Notes: generated by a model from the letters alone, not told the origin. A DNA stretch of 64,000 nt from Candidatus Bathyarchaeota archaeon (GCA_963706285.1 CAVPLU010000010.1:96001-160000), one strand, 5' to 3'. Positions 41,284 through 52,657 are shown, counted from the first letter of the stretch. Made by a program: numbers and translations.

Positions 41284-41964
41284 ATGCTTATTGGAACCCT
41301 CATCAACATTGTCGCCATCGCCATTGGAACACTCATCGGTTTCGCATTGAAGCAGAGACTTCCTGAACGAATCAGTTCAATCGCTGTGCAATGTCTTGGA
41401 CTTGTGACAGCTCTCATCGGTCTCAAGATGGTAATCACCACACAAAACCCGTTGATAATCCTCGTAAGCATGGTGACGGGAGGAATACTGGGCGAGCTCC
41501 TACGAATTGAGGAGAGGCTCGATAGACTCGGAGCGAGAGTCGAGACCAAATTCAGCAAGGAACACGGGACATTCGCGAAAGCCTTCGTAACCTCAACGCT
41601 CCTGTACTGCGTGGGCCCAATGGCTATCGTTGGCTCGCTTCAAGATGGTCTACGCGGCGATTACTCGGTCCTGCTAACAAAGTCCGTAATGGACGGAATA
41701 GCATCCGTCGCGTTCGCTTCAACGCTCGGGATCGGAGTCCTATTCTCCACACTACCTCTCGCAGCCTACCAAGGAAGCATCACTTTGGGCGCCTCACTGC
41801 TCGAGCCTTATCTCACTACATCAATGATCACTGAGATGACGGCAACAGGTGGATTGCTCATCATAGGTATCGCAATGAATATGCTTCAAATCGCGAAAAT
41901 CAGAGTCGGAAACCTGCTACCCGCCATTCTCATCGCAGCCATCCTTGCCGCATTCATGCTGTGA
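41284..41964 (+). CDS. DUF554 family membrane protein
   Basis: GTLINIVAI, LLYCVGPMAIVGS, KSVMDG, IRVGNLLP. Confidence 0.88.
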   Translation: MLIGTLINIVAIAIGTLIGFALKQRLPERISSIAVQCLGLVTALIGLKMVITTQNPLIILVSMVTGGILGELLRIEERLDRLGARVETKFSKEHGTFAKAFVTSTLLYCVGPMAIVGSLQDGLRGDYSVLLTKSVMDGIASVAFASTLGIGVLFSTLPLAAYQGSITLGASLLEPYLTTSMITEMTATGGLLIIGIAMNMLQIAKIRVGNLLPAILIAAILAAFML

Positions 41965-42044
41965 GACTACCGAAGAGTCGCAAATCTCATTCTGGTCCGT
42001 GGTAGTGCTCAGACTTATTCTCGCTCGGTTTCAGTACTCTCGTT

Positions 42045-42638
42045 CTATTTTCTGAGAGAAACGATGAGAAATCCGATTCCGCCTGCAACAACGCCGATCC
42101 CGGTGACCAAGAGCATTGCTCCAACTATAGGCACGAATTGGGCGAGGATTTGTTCTGCCACCTTTTCTATGGTCCATCCTAGTCCACCTTGGCTGGGTGG
42201 GCCGAGTGCAATATCGCCCCAAAAGCCGGCGTATATCATTGGCCATGTAGCTCCGGCGATTCCGACGTTCATCAACACCAGATGAATCCATGCAAACAGA
42301 TTGGCTACACCTCGGTACGTTTTTCCCATCACGATCTCAACGTGATGGTAGAGCAACGCTGTCAATGCGACACCAACTACACCCACCACGACGTACATGG
42401 CAAAGAATCCGAAAAGCGCTGCCAGCTCAACAAAGCCTGCAGCAGGAACCGCCAGGATCGTCGCGACCAAGCCAGCTGCAACGGATGGGAGCCCGATGAG
42501 GACCACAGCCAGAAGAATCATGATGACGGTTGCTATCAATCCCTGAATCATTGCAGCCCGCATGAATCTCCTTGACCAGATACTTACTGGTTTTAGACTG
42601 TCGAGGAGATCTTTTTTCGAGTACAAGCTTCCTCCCAA
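42045..42638 (-). CDS. Hypothetical membrane protein (about 4 TM)
   Basis: Hydrophobic ORF with AWIHLVLMNVG. Confidence 0.65.
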   Translation of the reverse strand: MGGSLYSKKDLLDSLKPVSIWSRRFMRAAMIQGLIATVIMILLAVVLIGLPSVAAGLVATILAVPAAGFVELAALFGFFAMYVVVGVVGVALTALLYHHVEIVMGKTYRGVANLFAWIHLVLMNVGIAGATWPMIYAGFWGDIALGPPSQGGLGWTIEKVAEQILAQFVPIVGAMLLVTGIGVVAGGIGFLIVSLRK

Positions 42639-42691
42639 GGACTAACATGCCCACGCCGCAGAGATATAGCTGATTACTTTTCCAAGCTCGC

Positions 42692-43096
42692 TTATGTGGA
42701 CTGCAACTCCTGCAATAGTTCCACTACGCGCTCGTGAATGGTATCTCGTATTGATCGGATCTCACCCAGCGTCTTTCCTTTTGGATCTTCAATTCCCCAA
42801 TCCTTGATCTTGGGCAGGAATTTCGCGGGGCAAAAATCTGATCCCTCACATCCCATCGTTATGATCTTCTCAGCCTTCGTGATCATTTCTGTTGAAACGA
42901 GTTTCGGTTTGCTGTTGCTTGCGTCAATTCCGATCTCTCTGAGAGCTTGCACGACGAGCGGATTGACCTCGCTGGCTGGTTTTGTTCCTGCGCTGATTGC
43001 TTGAAAACCATCGGGTTTGAGCTTGTTGAAGATGGCTTCGGCCATCTGGCTTCTGCCCGCATTTCCGACGCAAACGAAGAGAACGGTTCGAGTCAA
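42692..43096 (-). CDS. arsC: Arsenate reductase / LMW-PTP family
   Basis: FVCVGNAGRSQMAE, SAGTKP, ITMGC...CP, DWGIEDP. Confidence 0.9.
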   Translation of the reverse strand: MTRTVLFVCVGNAGRSQMAEAIFNKLKPDGFQAISAGTKPASEVNPLVVQALREIGIDASNSKPKLVSTEMITKAEKIITMGCEGSDFCPAKFLPKIKDWGIEDPKGKTLGEIRSIRDTIHERVVELLQELQST

Positions 43097-43099
43097 GAT

Positions 43100-43682
43100 C
43101 CCTCACGCCTATGGGGTATACTTGAAGCTAGGTTACGCGATCGCAGACATAAAACGATCAATCGAGCTTGGATTCAGAGGCTTCTTAGTCGTTGACGAAG
43201 GCCTCCTTTGGGCACTCAACGAACTCCGCAAAATCGGCGAGATCCCCAAGGATGTGAAGTTCAAAGTCTCGATCTTGGCGGGCCACGCGAACCCGGCCGG
43301 AGCAAAAGTGGTGGAGAGTCTCGGCGCAGACACACTAAACCCAGTAGCGGATCTCAGCCTGCCACAACTTGCAGCCATCCGAGCCGCCGTCAACATACCC
43401 GTTGACATTCATGTCTACATGCTCGATTCATTCGGCGGGTTCAATCGATTCTACGAATGCCCCGAACTCAGTCGAATAACCGCACCATGCTACTTCAAGA
43501 TCGAGCCGGGGACAGGCTTCGGAGCGATGTACAAGCCTTGGGTTTCACCTGAAAGCCATGCATTCTCCGCCAGAGAGAAAGTCAAACACGCAGAAATCAT
43601 CAAAGAACTAGTCCAGAAACACTACCCCGAAGCCAAACTCTCAGAAAGAGGAACGAAAGACCTCGCAATACCACAACCCTAG
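43100..43682 (+). pseudogene. 5'-truncated U32-peptidase-like (TIM barrel) protein
   Basis: ELGFRGFLVVDEGLL...KVSILAGHANP...LGADTLNP..DLSLPQLAAIR...PVDIH; no room for the N-terminal part before the arsC start. Confidence 0.6.
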
Positions 43683-43939
43683 ATTCACTATTGTTCAGAC
43701 CATGTTACGCTAACTCAAAGACACAGAGAAGTCAGTTCAAATTCAGGCGCTCGCACCACGATACACACACAAATCAACTCCAATGACGGTTCAATTTACG
43801 ACGCCCGCACCAAGCGTACCGCGACGACGAAAAACGCCCCTGCTCTCCTATGAGGGTTCAAACTTGAATGCCCCACCAAGAAGCACAACGACGTTTCTTC
43901 CATGGCAAACGACAAATCAAGGGTCAGCGCTTCAGAAAT

Positions 43940-44390
43940 ATGGGACTTGCATTGCACAGTCTGCGGAAGATTGGGGGCATCCCTTTTGTTATTATAATAA
44001 ATGCGATCTACGTTCTCGGGAAGTATTGTCATCTCTGCTCTGGGCTCTTTCTCGCCACGACTTTTCTTGTTGCATCAGTTCTTGGCCTAGCAATGGGATT
44101 TGCCTATTTTGCGACTAGCTATTCCAGCAGGAGAGGGGCGGAGCCCAAACCACTGGCCGATTCCAAGAATACAGTGCTGAATCCGGGGAGATTGTCAGAG
44201 AATCATCATTAGGGCGGCGCTTACAAGCACGGAGTCTTTAGGCAGCGTCCTAGTACTGACGATTCCATTCAGATCGGCTTTGGGCTTCAAACGAAGTATC
44301 TCTTCTATTGGAACAGTCTCGGTGGAATGTCGTTTTTGCCAGGCGTATTCGCGTTTGTCGAAGGCAATTTAAGGGCGAGGTAAACGCGTG
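43940..44390 (+). CDS. Small hypothetical membrane protein, frameshifted
   Basis: MGLALHSLRKIGGIPFVIIINAIYV...LVASVLGLAMGFAYF hydrophobic ORF. Confidence 0.35.
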
Positions 44391-44415
44391 TCGGGATGGA
44401 CTGGGACGTGGAAAC

Positions 44416-44647
44416 ATGAATTCGTGCTAATGCTTGAGTTCCTTAGGACTTTCATGTGGGGAATACTCGCTTTGGTCGTTGGAGGCTTGCCCGTCAAGTA
44501 TGGAATGGTCTATCCCTATTGGCAGGAGAGTTGTTCTTCGTGGGATATCTGGTTCTGGGATACGGAGCGCTCGTGCTTCTTCCTGTTACGGCCGCGCTAT
44601 TCGAGTTGATTCCGAAAATTCGGGAGTCGGAAACAGGTTTCGGGTGA
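44416..44647 (+). CDS. Small hypothetical membrane protein, frameshifted
   Basis: MLEFLRTFMWGILALVVGG / GELFFVGYLVLGYGALVLLPVTAALFELIPK in two frames. Confidence 0.35.
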
Positions 44648-44959
44648 ACTAGGTTGATTCCGATTGACGACCAACCTGCAAGATCCACGAATTCACGATT
44701 GAGTTGATACGAAATTTCTGATTGATACTCTTCTCACAGATGTCCCTTACCCAAATTTGGGCTCCATGGAAAGGCGTTCGTCGTCGTCGCGCACCAAGTG
44801 TACCACACACAAGGCCAAGAACGACAGACGCGCAACAGTTCAAATTGTGACGATCGCACGAAGGGACGCACGCGATCGGGGTTCTGGCGATTATACGTTG
44901 TTCCCCATGCGGAACACAAGAGGCTTCCTCATCGCGTAGCAAAATGGAAAAGATACGCA

Positions 44960-45641
44960 ATGGACCACGGGACAAAGAGAACGCTGTCCGAGTCTGTGAA
45001 GGTTCTTATTAGCTGAATTCTAGCCTTCTCAACGGAACGCCTTGTCGCGCCGTAATTGGTTTCTGGGGGCCATTGCTGTTCTGCTCGTCGGTTGGAAGAG
45101 ATGCAGATTTCCGAAAATCGATTAGAGTTGAAACGACTGTCTTTGGTTATGGTAGTTTTACTATTTGGCGTCTCTTGGTGCTTTCATTTCCCGACATTAC
45201 GAGTTCGGTGGGCTCCGGCGGGTTTGGGTTTGAGCGAGAGGTAGATGAGCTGACTCGGAAACTCGGTACTGCTACATCGTTGCTCAAAGACTCCTGGGTC
45301 CTAGTGAAAGAGCAGAGACAGCTGAAGGCACGACAGAACTTGTACATGAACCAGACCCCCGTGGTGTATTGTTTACGATACTAGTAGAAATTGAACGTGC
45401 AATGGCAAAGATTGGCTGGGATGCGCAGAAGCCTGTACAACGGCGCATGGGTTTCGGCAATTTGATTCGATTACTATCATCGAAGGGGATATTGGTACGA
45501 GATCTCCAAGAAGCCCTAGAATTTCTGAGGAACATTAGGAATTCTGCGTTCCACGGGGAGTACGCTGACCGAAAGTCAGACAGGAGCCGCGCTGGATCTC
45601 GCGACTGTTGTTATTGGGAGATTAGAAGCAAAAGAGGCTGA
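44960..45641 (+). pseudogene. Membrane-anchored HEPN-like (Rx4H) protein, frameshifted
   Basis: TM segment and SVGSGGFGFEREV linker, then FGNLIRLLSSKGIL...LEFLRNIRNSAFHG. Confidence 0.55.
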
Positions 45642-47429
45642 AGGGGCAAGACCATAGTTACACGTGGACTATAACATTTTTAGTTCTTCAAGTACCTTCT
45701 GTAATTTTAGCCTTACGTCATACCGGACAGGGATACTTGTATTTTCCCTTCCTCAGGGGAGACTTGCGTTTGGTTTTTCCATGTGACGAGAGGACATCGG
45801 CGATCCAACTCGGACTTGACATGTTTTCCATATTTCTTCTTGTAAAGATCAGGTGCTTCTGATATGTCATGGCGTCAAACGGTCAAGTGTGCGGATTAGA
45901 ATTAGCTTGCCGAAGTCGTCCGGCAAATGGGTTTTCTAACGTGCTGAGTCTGTAATAGCATAGCCGCAACCCGAATAATATTGGGGCTGGGGGAATCGGT
46001 TCTATTTCGGGGGCTAACCGATTTTAGCCTGAAGGCGCAGCATATGGTTCGAGATTCCTAATGTTTGACAAGGTCGTACGTTAGAGATCTTCTCTTCCTC
46101 TGTGATCGAGTAAGACCTGGCTATTCTCAACAGATAGGAGTTTGTCGGATAGCTTCTTTGAATGCCCAGTCGTCAATCTTGTTGGATTCGTGCGCGCTAG
46201 CCACGCGTGATTCCGGATGCAACCGGGAATTTGTGGCTTCGATCACATAATTCCGGTGGTCCAAGAGAGGCTTCAGATACTTCAAATCGTTTGCGTCCGT
46301 TAGTTTCGTCATGGTTCGGTGCTGTCTAACAACAGAGCACATCCAGCAGCCAAATCTCATGTCATTGAAATTGCGATAGATTTCTACAGGTTCAGCGTTG
46401 GATAACCTTTCGCAGGCAGAACAAATCTCAAAAAGTCACAGAAATCACGTCTGCAACAATCCTACAATCGGCAGCGGCAAAAGATGATGCCATAGCGCTT
46501 TGCTCTGCCAAAACCAGACGCCCTGACGAGTTGGCTCGCATCAACGCAGTGCATGACAAACTCGAAGCTGTCTGTCTCGTTGTTTTAGACTCTCGGAGCA
46601 ATCTGACGCCAGTCAGGACACAAGTTCTTCTTGGATCTTCCTGTCCCATGAACCTTCCTTGACGGAAGTAATTTTCAAACGCCTAGTGCACGCAGCGGAA
46701 TCGCTGATGCGGAGGTGGATATCGCTTTCCCGAGCAGAAGGAACCAAAATCCTTCTCTGACATCTGGCCTAACAATGTCCTGCACTTCTTTCGGGGAAGC
46801 TGTTCGGCATGTGCGATATTGCTGAGCCGTTGAAGGATTGGAGAGCATGCGTCTTGTAGGATAGGTAATTTCCAACAAAGTATCGCAGTAGATTGTTTCC
46901 ACCGATCCGTATTCAGCTCTCCAGATCTGACTAATTTAGGGGAGAGCCACTGTCGCGGTGCGTATTGCGTGCAAGAAAGGCAATTACCGATTTGTCTATC
47001 CCTTTAGAAAGTAGGCGCTTTAGGGACGACCGTGATTCCTCGAATCTTGAATCAAGTTTAGAACATAGCCAGCGCTCGTATCAGCATTGACTGGATGAGC
47101 TCTGGACAGCAGTCTAGCAGGCAATGCGCGCGAATCGCGGTCGCCGGGGACATACAAGGACAATGGGCCAGCGAGCTCGTTAAGGATCCTCTTAGAACTC
47201 CCTCTTGGAATGAGTGATATCCGAACAGTAGAGTCGAAACGTATTCAAAAATAGCCCTCGGAGGGTGTAGGCTTGTCTTGAATTTGCTCTGACACGGTCT
47301 GTCAGTCAAAGCCGAGGATCAGTTGAGGTGACATGCAAGGATATTTCTCGGTTTTATCAAGGTCTTACAAGCTCCACTCGGCAGGCCTAATATGATTGGA
47401 TTGCAGTCTGAGCGAATTCAACTGCTGCT

Positions 47430-48060
47430 GGGCGGGATCCCATTGGTCTGCAAGTGTGGAGTGATTGTCACCAACCTCCCACGTCTGGAGTTATCGATGC
47501 CATTGCAAGTCTCGCGCTGTGCCATAGTTAGCTTGAATGGAATGCAGTTCGAGTGATGCCGACAGAGGGCGTATGGTAAGAAGCGCAGAGTGTGGAGCGT
47601 GCTCTTGTCGATGCCTACCGCGCCCTTCGCTTTTTCAAGAAGGTTAAAAGATTATGGAATTCTGCGGTTAGACGCATTGGTCAAACCAGAGATTCAAAGT
47701 AATGTCCCGGAGTCCAGCGCTTGCTTAGAGGAAGGTACCATCGCTCTAAACGGCAGGGCATTTCGGGGAGCCGCTGTAATGGCCCGAGCGGCGCTCGAAG
47801 TTTGCCTAGAGTGGGGGGATTCACAAAACAAAACTTGGCGGCAGCAGAGATGATGCTGTTACGGCGAAAGCACTAACGGCTTATGACAAGATAAAAGCGA
47901 GCAATTCGCGCCTAATTGGCAATTTTGGTGCCCATGGAACGTGTGCGTCATATGCTCCTGGAGATGGTTTAGAATGAAGAGAGCGAGGCAAAGTTCTCTC
48001 TTGAACTCTCCAGTCAACTAGTGCAGATCCTCATAAAGTGGAAGACATCCAAAGTCGGTG
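47430..48060 (+). pseudogene. DUF4145 (HEPN-like) protein, frameshifted
   Basis: VPES..CLEEGTIAL...AFRGAAVMARAALEVCL then SRLIGNFGAHG. Confidence 0.6.
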
Positions 48061-48107
48061 TTCCCTCATAATGCACTCCAAGCAGGGTTCGATCAAAATC
48101 GTGGAAG

Positions 48108-49650
48108 ATGCAGATTCAGAATATGCTGGGCAATCCAGATCGAGCCGAAATATACTCCATACCCGATGAAGGTTTCAGGAAAGGTTGTAAAACAGATAAG
48201 CACCGGTTATCCTTATCGTTCACGTGGAAACGTTCTGATAGAACTCGTAAGTAATTCGTTTGTGCGGATGCATCATTTGCGGCAATCAATACGAATCCTC
48301 CGAATTTCAAGTCATTCTCAATATTCGACGATGGTCAAGGCATGTCCGCAACCGAGTTTACGATAAGGATGCAACGGATTGGTGCTAGCGAAAAACTTCC
48401 GGTAGAAGTGACACCAAAAGGACGACCCATCATTGGTAGGATAGGGATAAGGTCGACGAGCAGTTGGCCATGTTTCACAAAGATTTCGCGTCATTTCAGC
48501 ACGGGCCCAAGATGAACAAGGGTTTGAAGCCAAGGTAGATATGAGTCGTCTCTTTGGAGTCGGAGCCGAGTCACTCCCCATGGAAGAGCTTACCGCTGGC
48601 ACGGTCCAGGTTCGAATGTATAGGAAACCCAAAGACGAGCAATACACATTAGTCGAAGTTGAAAGCACATCGAACGTGTTTAGACAACTACTGGCTGAAA
48701 AACACAAAAAACGCTATAGGGGGTTTGAAAAGAAGCCCCCTGCATCAATACATGGACTTTGTCAATTTCGTTCAGCACAAAGCAAAACGAATTTCTCAGC
48801 TATCCGGCTCACGATCAAACCCTATGGGAACTTGGGCTTCTGACACCAGTTCCGTACCTTGAAGGGGAGCCTGTCCGAAATGATTCAGAAATGATCTCCT
48901 CATTAGAGAAACGGCTTCTATCCTATCAATTCAGTTTATACATTGATGATGTTGAAATCAGGAAACCAATCATGCTTCCTCCCTCAACAGGAGAAGTACA
49001 CGATTACGGTGTTTACCCAATACGGATAAATGAAGAAAGTGAGGAGGGCCCGATTGAGGCTACAGGATATCTCTACCATCAAAATGTGCGTGTGGTCCCT
49101 GCAGAGCTGAGAGGGCTCCTTCCACGAATGAAAAATGTTGGAATTGGGTTACCATATCTCAACGTATTTAGGATTCTGCACGAGAGTCCGATCATAACCT
49201 TCAAGTTTGTGGCGAACTATACATCGATAAAGGCTGGATGATGGACTAAACTCGATCGAAACAGTTTCTTTCAGGCATCACCGTCATTTCAGAAACTGAA
49301 AGAAGCGCTCGAGAGAATATTGCGAGAAGAGAAGATTACTGCAAACATGAAACGACGACAAAGAGAAAGTAGAGCCAGCAGGAACACATGTCACGAGACT
49401 AGGGCCCTTGTAGCTTACGAGAGCCGCGGTGGAATTTGAATCGCCTTTCTCGTAGCGTGAACGTCGAATTATCACTGTCTCATGACATGCCCAAGAACCA
49501 GCGGCTCAAATGCCCGAAGGCGTAGCTTGTATTTCGAGCTTTCAAGGAAGAGCGGGGACGCAAAGGCCGCGTTTTACAGACTCCTTCAAGGTTTCCTTGG
49601 CGATCACCTAAAGAAGAATGAGTAGAAAGCCTTGACAGGTTCTGAAGAAT
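48108..49650 (+). pseudogene. GHKL/MORC-like ATPase of the type found in restriction and defence loci, frameshifted
   Basis: Fragments ELVSNSF, FDDGQGMS, TPKGRPIIGRIG, IEATGYLYHQ...ELRGLLPRMKNVGIG. Confidence 0.65.
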
Positions 49651-49789
49651 TGTAGGCAGACGTTTACTTGCGGTGCACTCCCAGCGGACTAACGCTCCAA
49701 TCGCTCGATTAGTGGTTATGTCGAGTCGTAGACAGCGCGTAGAGGGGTATGACAAATCTCTAACTTGTCATCCCTCACCTGACGCGAAG

Positions 49790-50240
49790 ATGGAGTACAA
49801 CGATTGAACCGTGTGATCCAAGCCTGGTGAAAGTCTAGGTTCATGAACTTCGACAGTCGTTTGATCTCTTCGAAGTCTTCCATTCCGACCTTTGTTCGTC
49901 CGCAGTACAGCGCGTGAGCTTGAACCAAAGCCCTCAACTGCTTGTTCTGAACCCTGTACTGAACGGTCGTCTCCGCTGTGGCAAAGCTTCTATTCTTCTG
50001 GCGATCTTGCCCGGAATCTCAACTTGCGTTCGTTTCCCTGTAATGATCTCAATCATCTTAGCTGGGAAGTCCTTGCGGATGTGTTCATGTATTCTCAGCT
50101 TCGTCGCTTCTGCGACGATGATGCTTCTGCCTGCGAATCCAATGCCTTTCCAATACTTCTCGCAGCCGCATGGGGCGTCAGAGAGACTTGGTCTAACAAC
50201 TGTAGGCTCGCCGATGCTGTGTACTCAGGAGTTCACTTTC
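49790..50240 (-). pseudogene. C-terminal fragment of an MCM-like/AAA+ protein
   Basis: YWKGIGFAGR...RIHEHIR...GFR..QLRALVQAHALYCGRTKVGMEDFEEIKRL resembles an AAA+ lid helix. Confidence 0.45.
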
Positions 50241-50400
50241 TAGATGTGCCACCGTCCCTGAAATCATGTGTGTGCAAAGCTCACAATCGTGGATACGCTT
50301 GGATCGAAACTGTCAAGCTAGAAGTGTGAGTAACTTGCGTCAGAATGCTTTTTCAATTCTTTTGTAATACTGTCGTGGCTCTTCATGGAGAAGATCTGAA

Positions 50401-51231
50401 ATGGATGCGCTTGTGACTGCTGGAGGAATCCCAGATCCGAATGAGTCTCTCTACGAGTACACTCAGGGGAAGCCAAAGGCGATGTTAGACATTTGCGGTA
50501 AGCCGATGGTACAGTGGGTGTTGAACGCTCTGGAAGGGGCCAAAACCGTAGATCGGATTGTCGTAGCCGGTTTGCCGCCGGACAACGGGGTGAGTTGTTC
50601 CAAGCCAAGCGCGTTTGTTCCCAACCAGGGAGGCCTCTTACAGAATGTCCGCGCAGGATTGAGAAGGCTCTTAGAAATCAACCCAACAGCTCACCACGTG
50701 CTTCTCGTGGCATCTGACATCCCCGCAATCACGTGCGACATGGTTGATTGGGTAGTAACCACCGCCATGAAGAATGATGAAGACGTGTTCTACAGCATAA
50801 TCGCGCGTCAGGTAATGGAGGCTCGCTTTCCGGGCTCTAAACGCTCCTTTCCATTTGAGTCCACCCATTTGCTGGGCAACTGCGGAGGCCAAATGCACGT
50901 AATCCGTATCACGATACTCAATGAAAACGACGAATTGTTGGAACGAATTGTGGCCGCGCGTAAGAGCACCTTGAAGAAGGCCGCTTTGATCCGCGACTAT
51001 TTCGGTTACAGTGGCTTAGTCTCAGTATTGCTTTCAACAGTTGATCTAGACGGAGCGGTCGAGAAAGTAACCAAACGTTTGCAGATGACCGGGAGGGCGG
51101 TTCTCTGTCCGTATGCAGAAGTTGGAATGGATGTGGATAAACCGCACCAACTTGAAATTGTACGAGCGGAGTTGGCACGGCGAGTATCTTCACGAGAGGG
51201 TGTATTGCAGACTTCAGCGCCAACCGTGTAG
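50401..51231 (+). CDS. MobA-like NTP transferase domain protein
   Basis: MDALVTAGG...PKAMLDICGKPMVQWV, ASDIP, GMDVDKP. Confidence 0.8.
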   Translation: MDALVTAGGIPDPNESLYEYTQGKPKAMLDICGKPMVQWVLNALEGAKTVDRIVVAGLPPDNGVSCSKPSAFVPNQGGLLQNVRAGLRRLLEINPTAHHVLLVASDIPAITCDMVDWVVTTAMKNDEDVFYSIIARQVMEARFPGSKRSFPFESTHLLGNCGGQMHVIRITILNENDELLERIVAARKSTLKKAALIRDYFGYSGLVSVLLSTVDLDGAVEKVTKRLQMTGRAVLCPYAEVGMDVDKPHQLEIVRAELARRVSSREGVLQTSAPTV

Positions 51232-51264
51232 CCCGATTTAATAGCGCACTAGTTCTTCACTTCT

Positions 51265-51621
51265 ATGATCGCAATGAGCCACTACAATTGGAGCAAGATC
51301 CCCGCAGAGAAGATAACCGATAAACTATCACGCAAGTTCATCTCCGGCAAGAGTATAACGCTCGCCCAATTCTCCTTCAAGAAGGATTGCACCGTTGTCG
51401 CGCATAGTCACAAGAGTGAGCAGATGACCTGCGTACTCAAAGGCGTTCTAAGGCTGCGTCTCCCCGACAGAGAAGTGACGCTAGGTGAGGGTGAGGTTCT
51501 TCACATCCCACCCGGAATCGAGCACAGTGCAGTAGCTCTAGAAGACACTTTAGTTCTGGATGTCTTCAGCCCGGTAAGAGAGGATTGGCTCAGCGGAGAA
51601 GATGCCTATCTCCGCAAATAG
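51265..51621 (+). CDS. Cupin-2 domain protein
   Basis: HSHKSEQ...IPPGIEH...LDVFSPVRED. Confidence 0.88.
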   Translation: MIAMSHYNWSKIPAEKITDKLSRKFISGKSITLAQFSFKKDCTVVAHSHKSEQMTCVLKGVLRLRLPDREVTLGEGEVLHIPPGIEHSAVALEDTLVLDVFSPVREDWLSGEDAYLRK

Positions 51622-51847
51622 GCCACAATTGCTCTAAGCAGGCTGCGGGTCTCACTCCGATTGTTGGCGGACACGGTGAAGATACCGGTGCGAGGCACGA
51701 CCGAGTCGACTGAGCGCCCGATTTGCTCGAGCAGATTTCGGCAGGGCAGCAGCCACCCGCGTAATAGCTCACCGTGTGCGTCACGCTTAGTGTGCAGCAC
51801 GGAATACCTGCCCAAATCGCGGCCTATTCATGCGAGCCCGTGAACCG

Positions 51848-52657
51848 CTACTTATTCTCTTGATCCGTCTTTGCCTGCTTCTGTGTCTGAGCGAAGCCAA
51901 CTGTTCCTAGTACGCCGCTGAATCCCATTTGGCTGACGATCTCGCTTGGGACGATGATGAATGTGCCCTTCTCCTTTACGGCTTCGTAGAGCATGTTCAT
52001 GGCTCGGAGTCGCATGGCTTCAGGATTTTTCTCGTAGACTCTGCTTGCTTCCTCGAACTTCTTAGAGATCTGTATCTCACTGTCACCCAGTGAGATTCTG
52101 GCTAGTCGTTCGCGTTCAGCTTGGGCTTGCCTGCTCATAGCGTCCTCTAGTGCGGTCGGTATCTTCACATCCTTGATTTCCACGGACTGCACTTCGATGC
52201 CCCAAGGTTCTGCCTTGCTCTCTATCGTTTTCTGTAGGATGGTGTCCAGCTGCAGCCTATCTGAGAGCATCGTCGCAAGTTCAGTTCTACCGATCGTGTC
52301 ACGAAGAGTGGTCATGGATGCTTTCAGTATGCTTCCTTGATAGTCCTGAACCGCCATTATGGTGTCCGAAGGGGTCTTGACACGCCAGAAGAGCACGGCG
52401 TCAACGAAGACGGGCACGTTATCTCTTGTCAACGACTGTTCAGCTGTGAATGTGGTTGTTCTGACACGTCCGTCAACGATTATGCGGTTCTCTATGAGAG
52501 GGATCAAATAGTATAGGCCGGCACCGTTCATTCTACTGTATTTACCTAATCGGAATATTACTGCGGTATCCCATTGACTATTGATCTTGATACCCGACAG
52601 AATCAAGAGTGCTACTATCAGCAGAACAAAGGGCGTAATGAAATCGGTCCAAACCAT
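51848..52657 (-). CDS. SPFH/stomatin (band 7) protein
   Basis: AVIFRLGK, LTRDNVPVFVDAV, WGIEVQSVEIKDV, AMSRQAQAERER. Confidence 0.9.
   Translation of the reverse strand: MVWTDFITPFVLLIVALLILSGIKINSQWDTAVIFRLGKYSRMNGAGLYYLIPLIENRIIVDGRVRTTTFTAEQSLTRDNVPVFVDAVLFWRVKTPSDTIMAVQDYQGSILKASMTTLRDTIGRTELATMLSDRLQLDTILQKTIESKAEPWGIEVQSVEIKDVKIPTALEDAMSRQAQAERERLARISLGDSEIQISKKFEEASRVYEKNPEAMRLRAMNMLYEAVKEKGTFIIVPSEIVSQMGFSGVLGTVGFAQTQKQAKTDQENK

Larger units (their letters stand above)
43735..46697 (+). repeat. Degenerate tRNA 3'-end repeats (43735-43758, 43788-43812, 43854-43878, 44652-44673, 44776-44796, 44838-44861, 46674-46697)
   Basis: GTTCAAAT-TCAGG-CGCTCGC-A-CCA, GTTCAATT-TACGA-CGCCCGC-A-CCA and GTTCAAAT-TGTGA-CGATCGC-A-CGA have exact T-loop/T-stem/acceptor/discriminator/CCA spacing; downstream tail AGYGTACC / ACACACAA shared among copies. 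Confidence 0.65.
43735..50300. mobile_element. Degraded accessory/defence-like genomic island; no integrase in window
   Basis: att-like tRNA remnants at the left end, low coding density, fragmented HEPN, GHKL and AAA+ genes. Confidence 0.55.

Noticed and set aside
43735-43878. CRISPR array
   Set aside because: Only three tandem, poorly identical units shaped like tRNA ends; no cas genes or leader.
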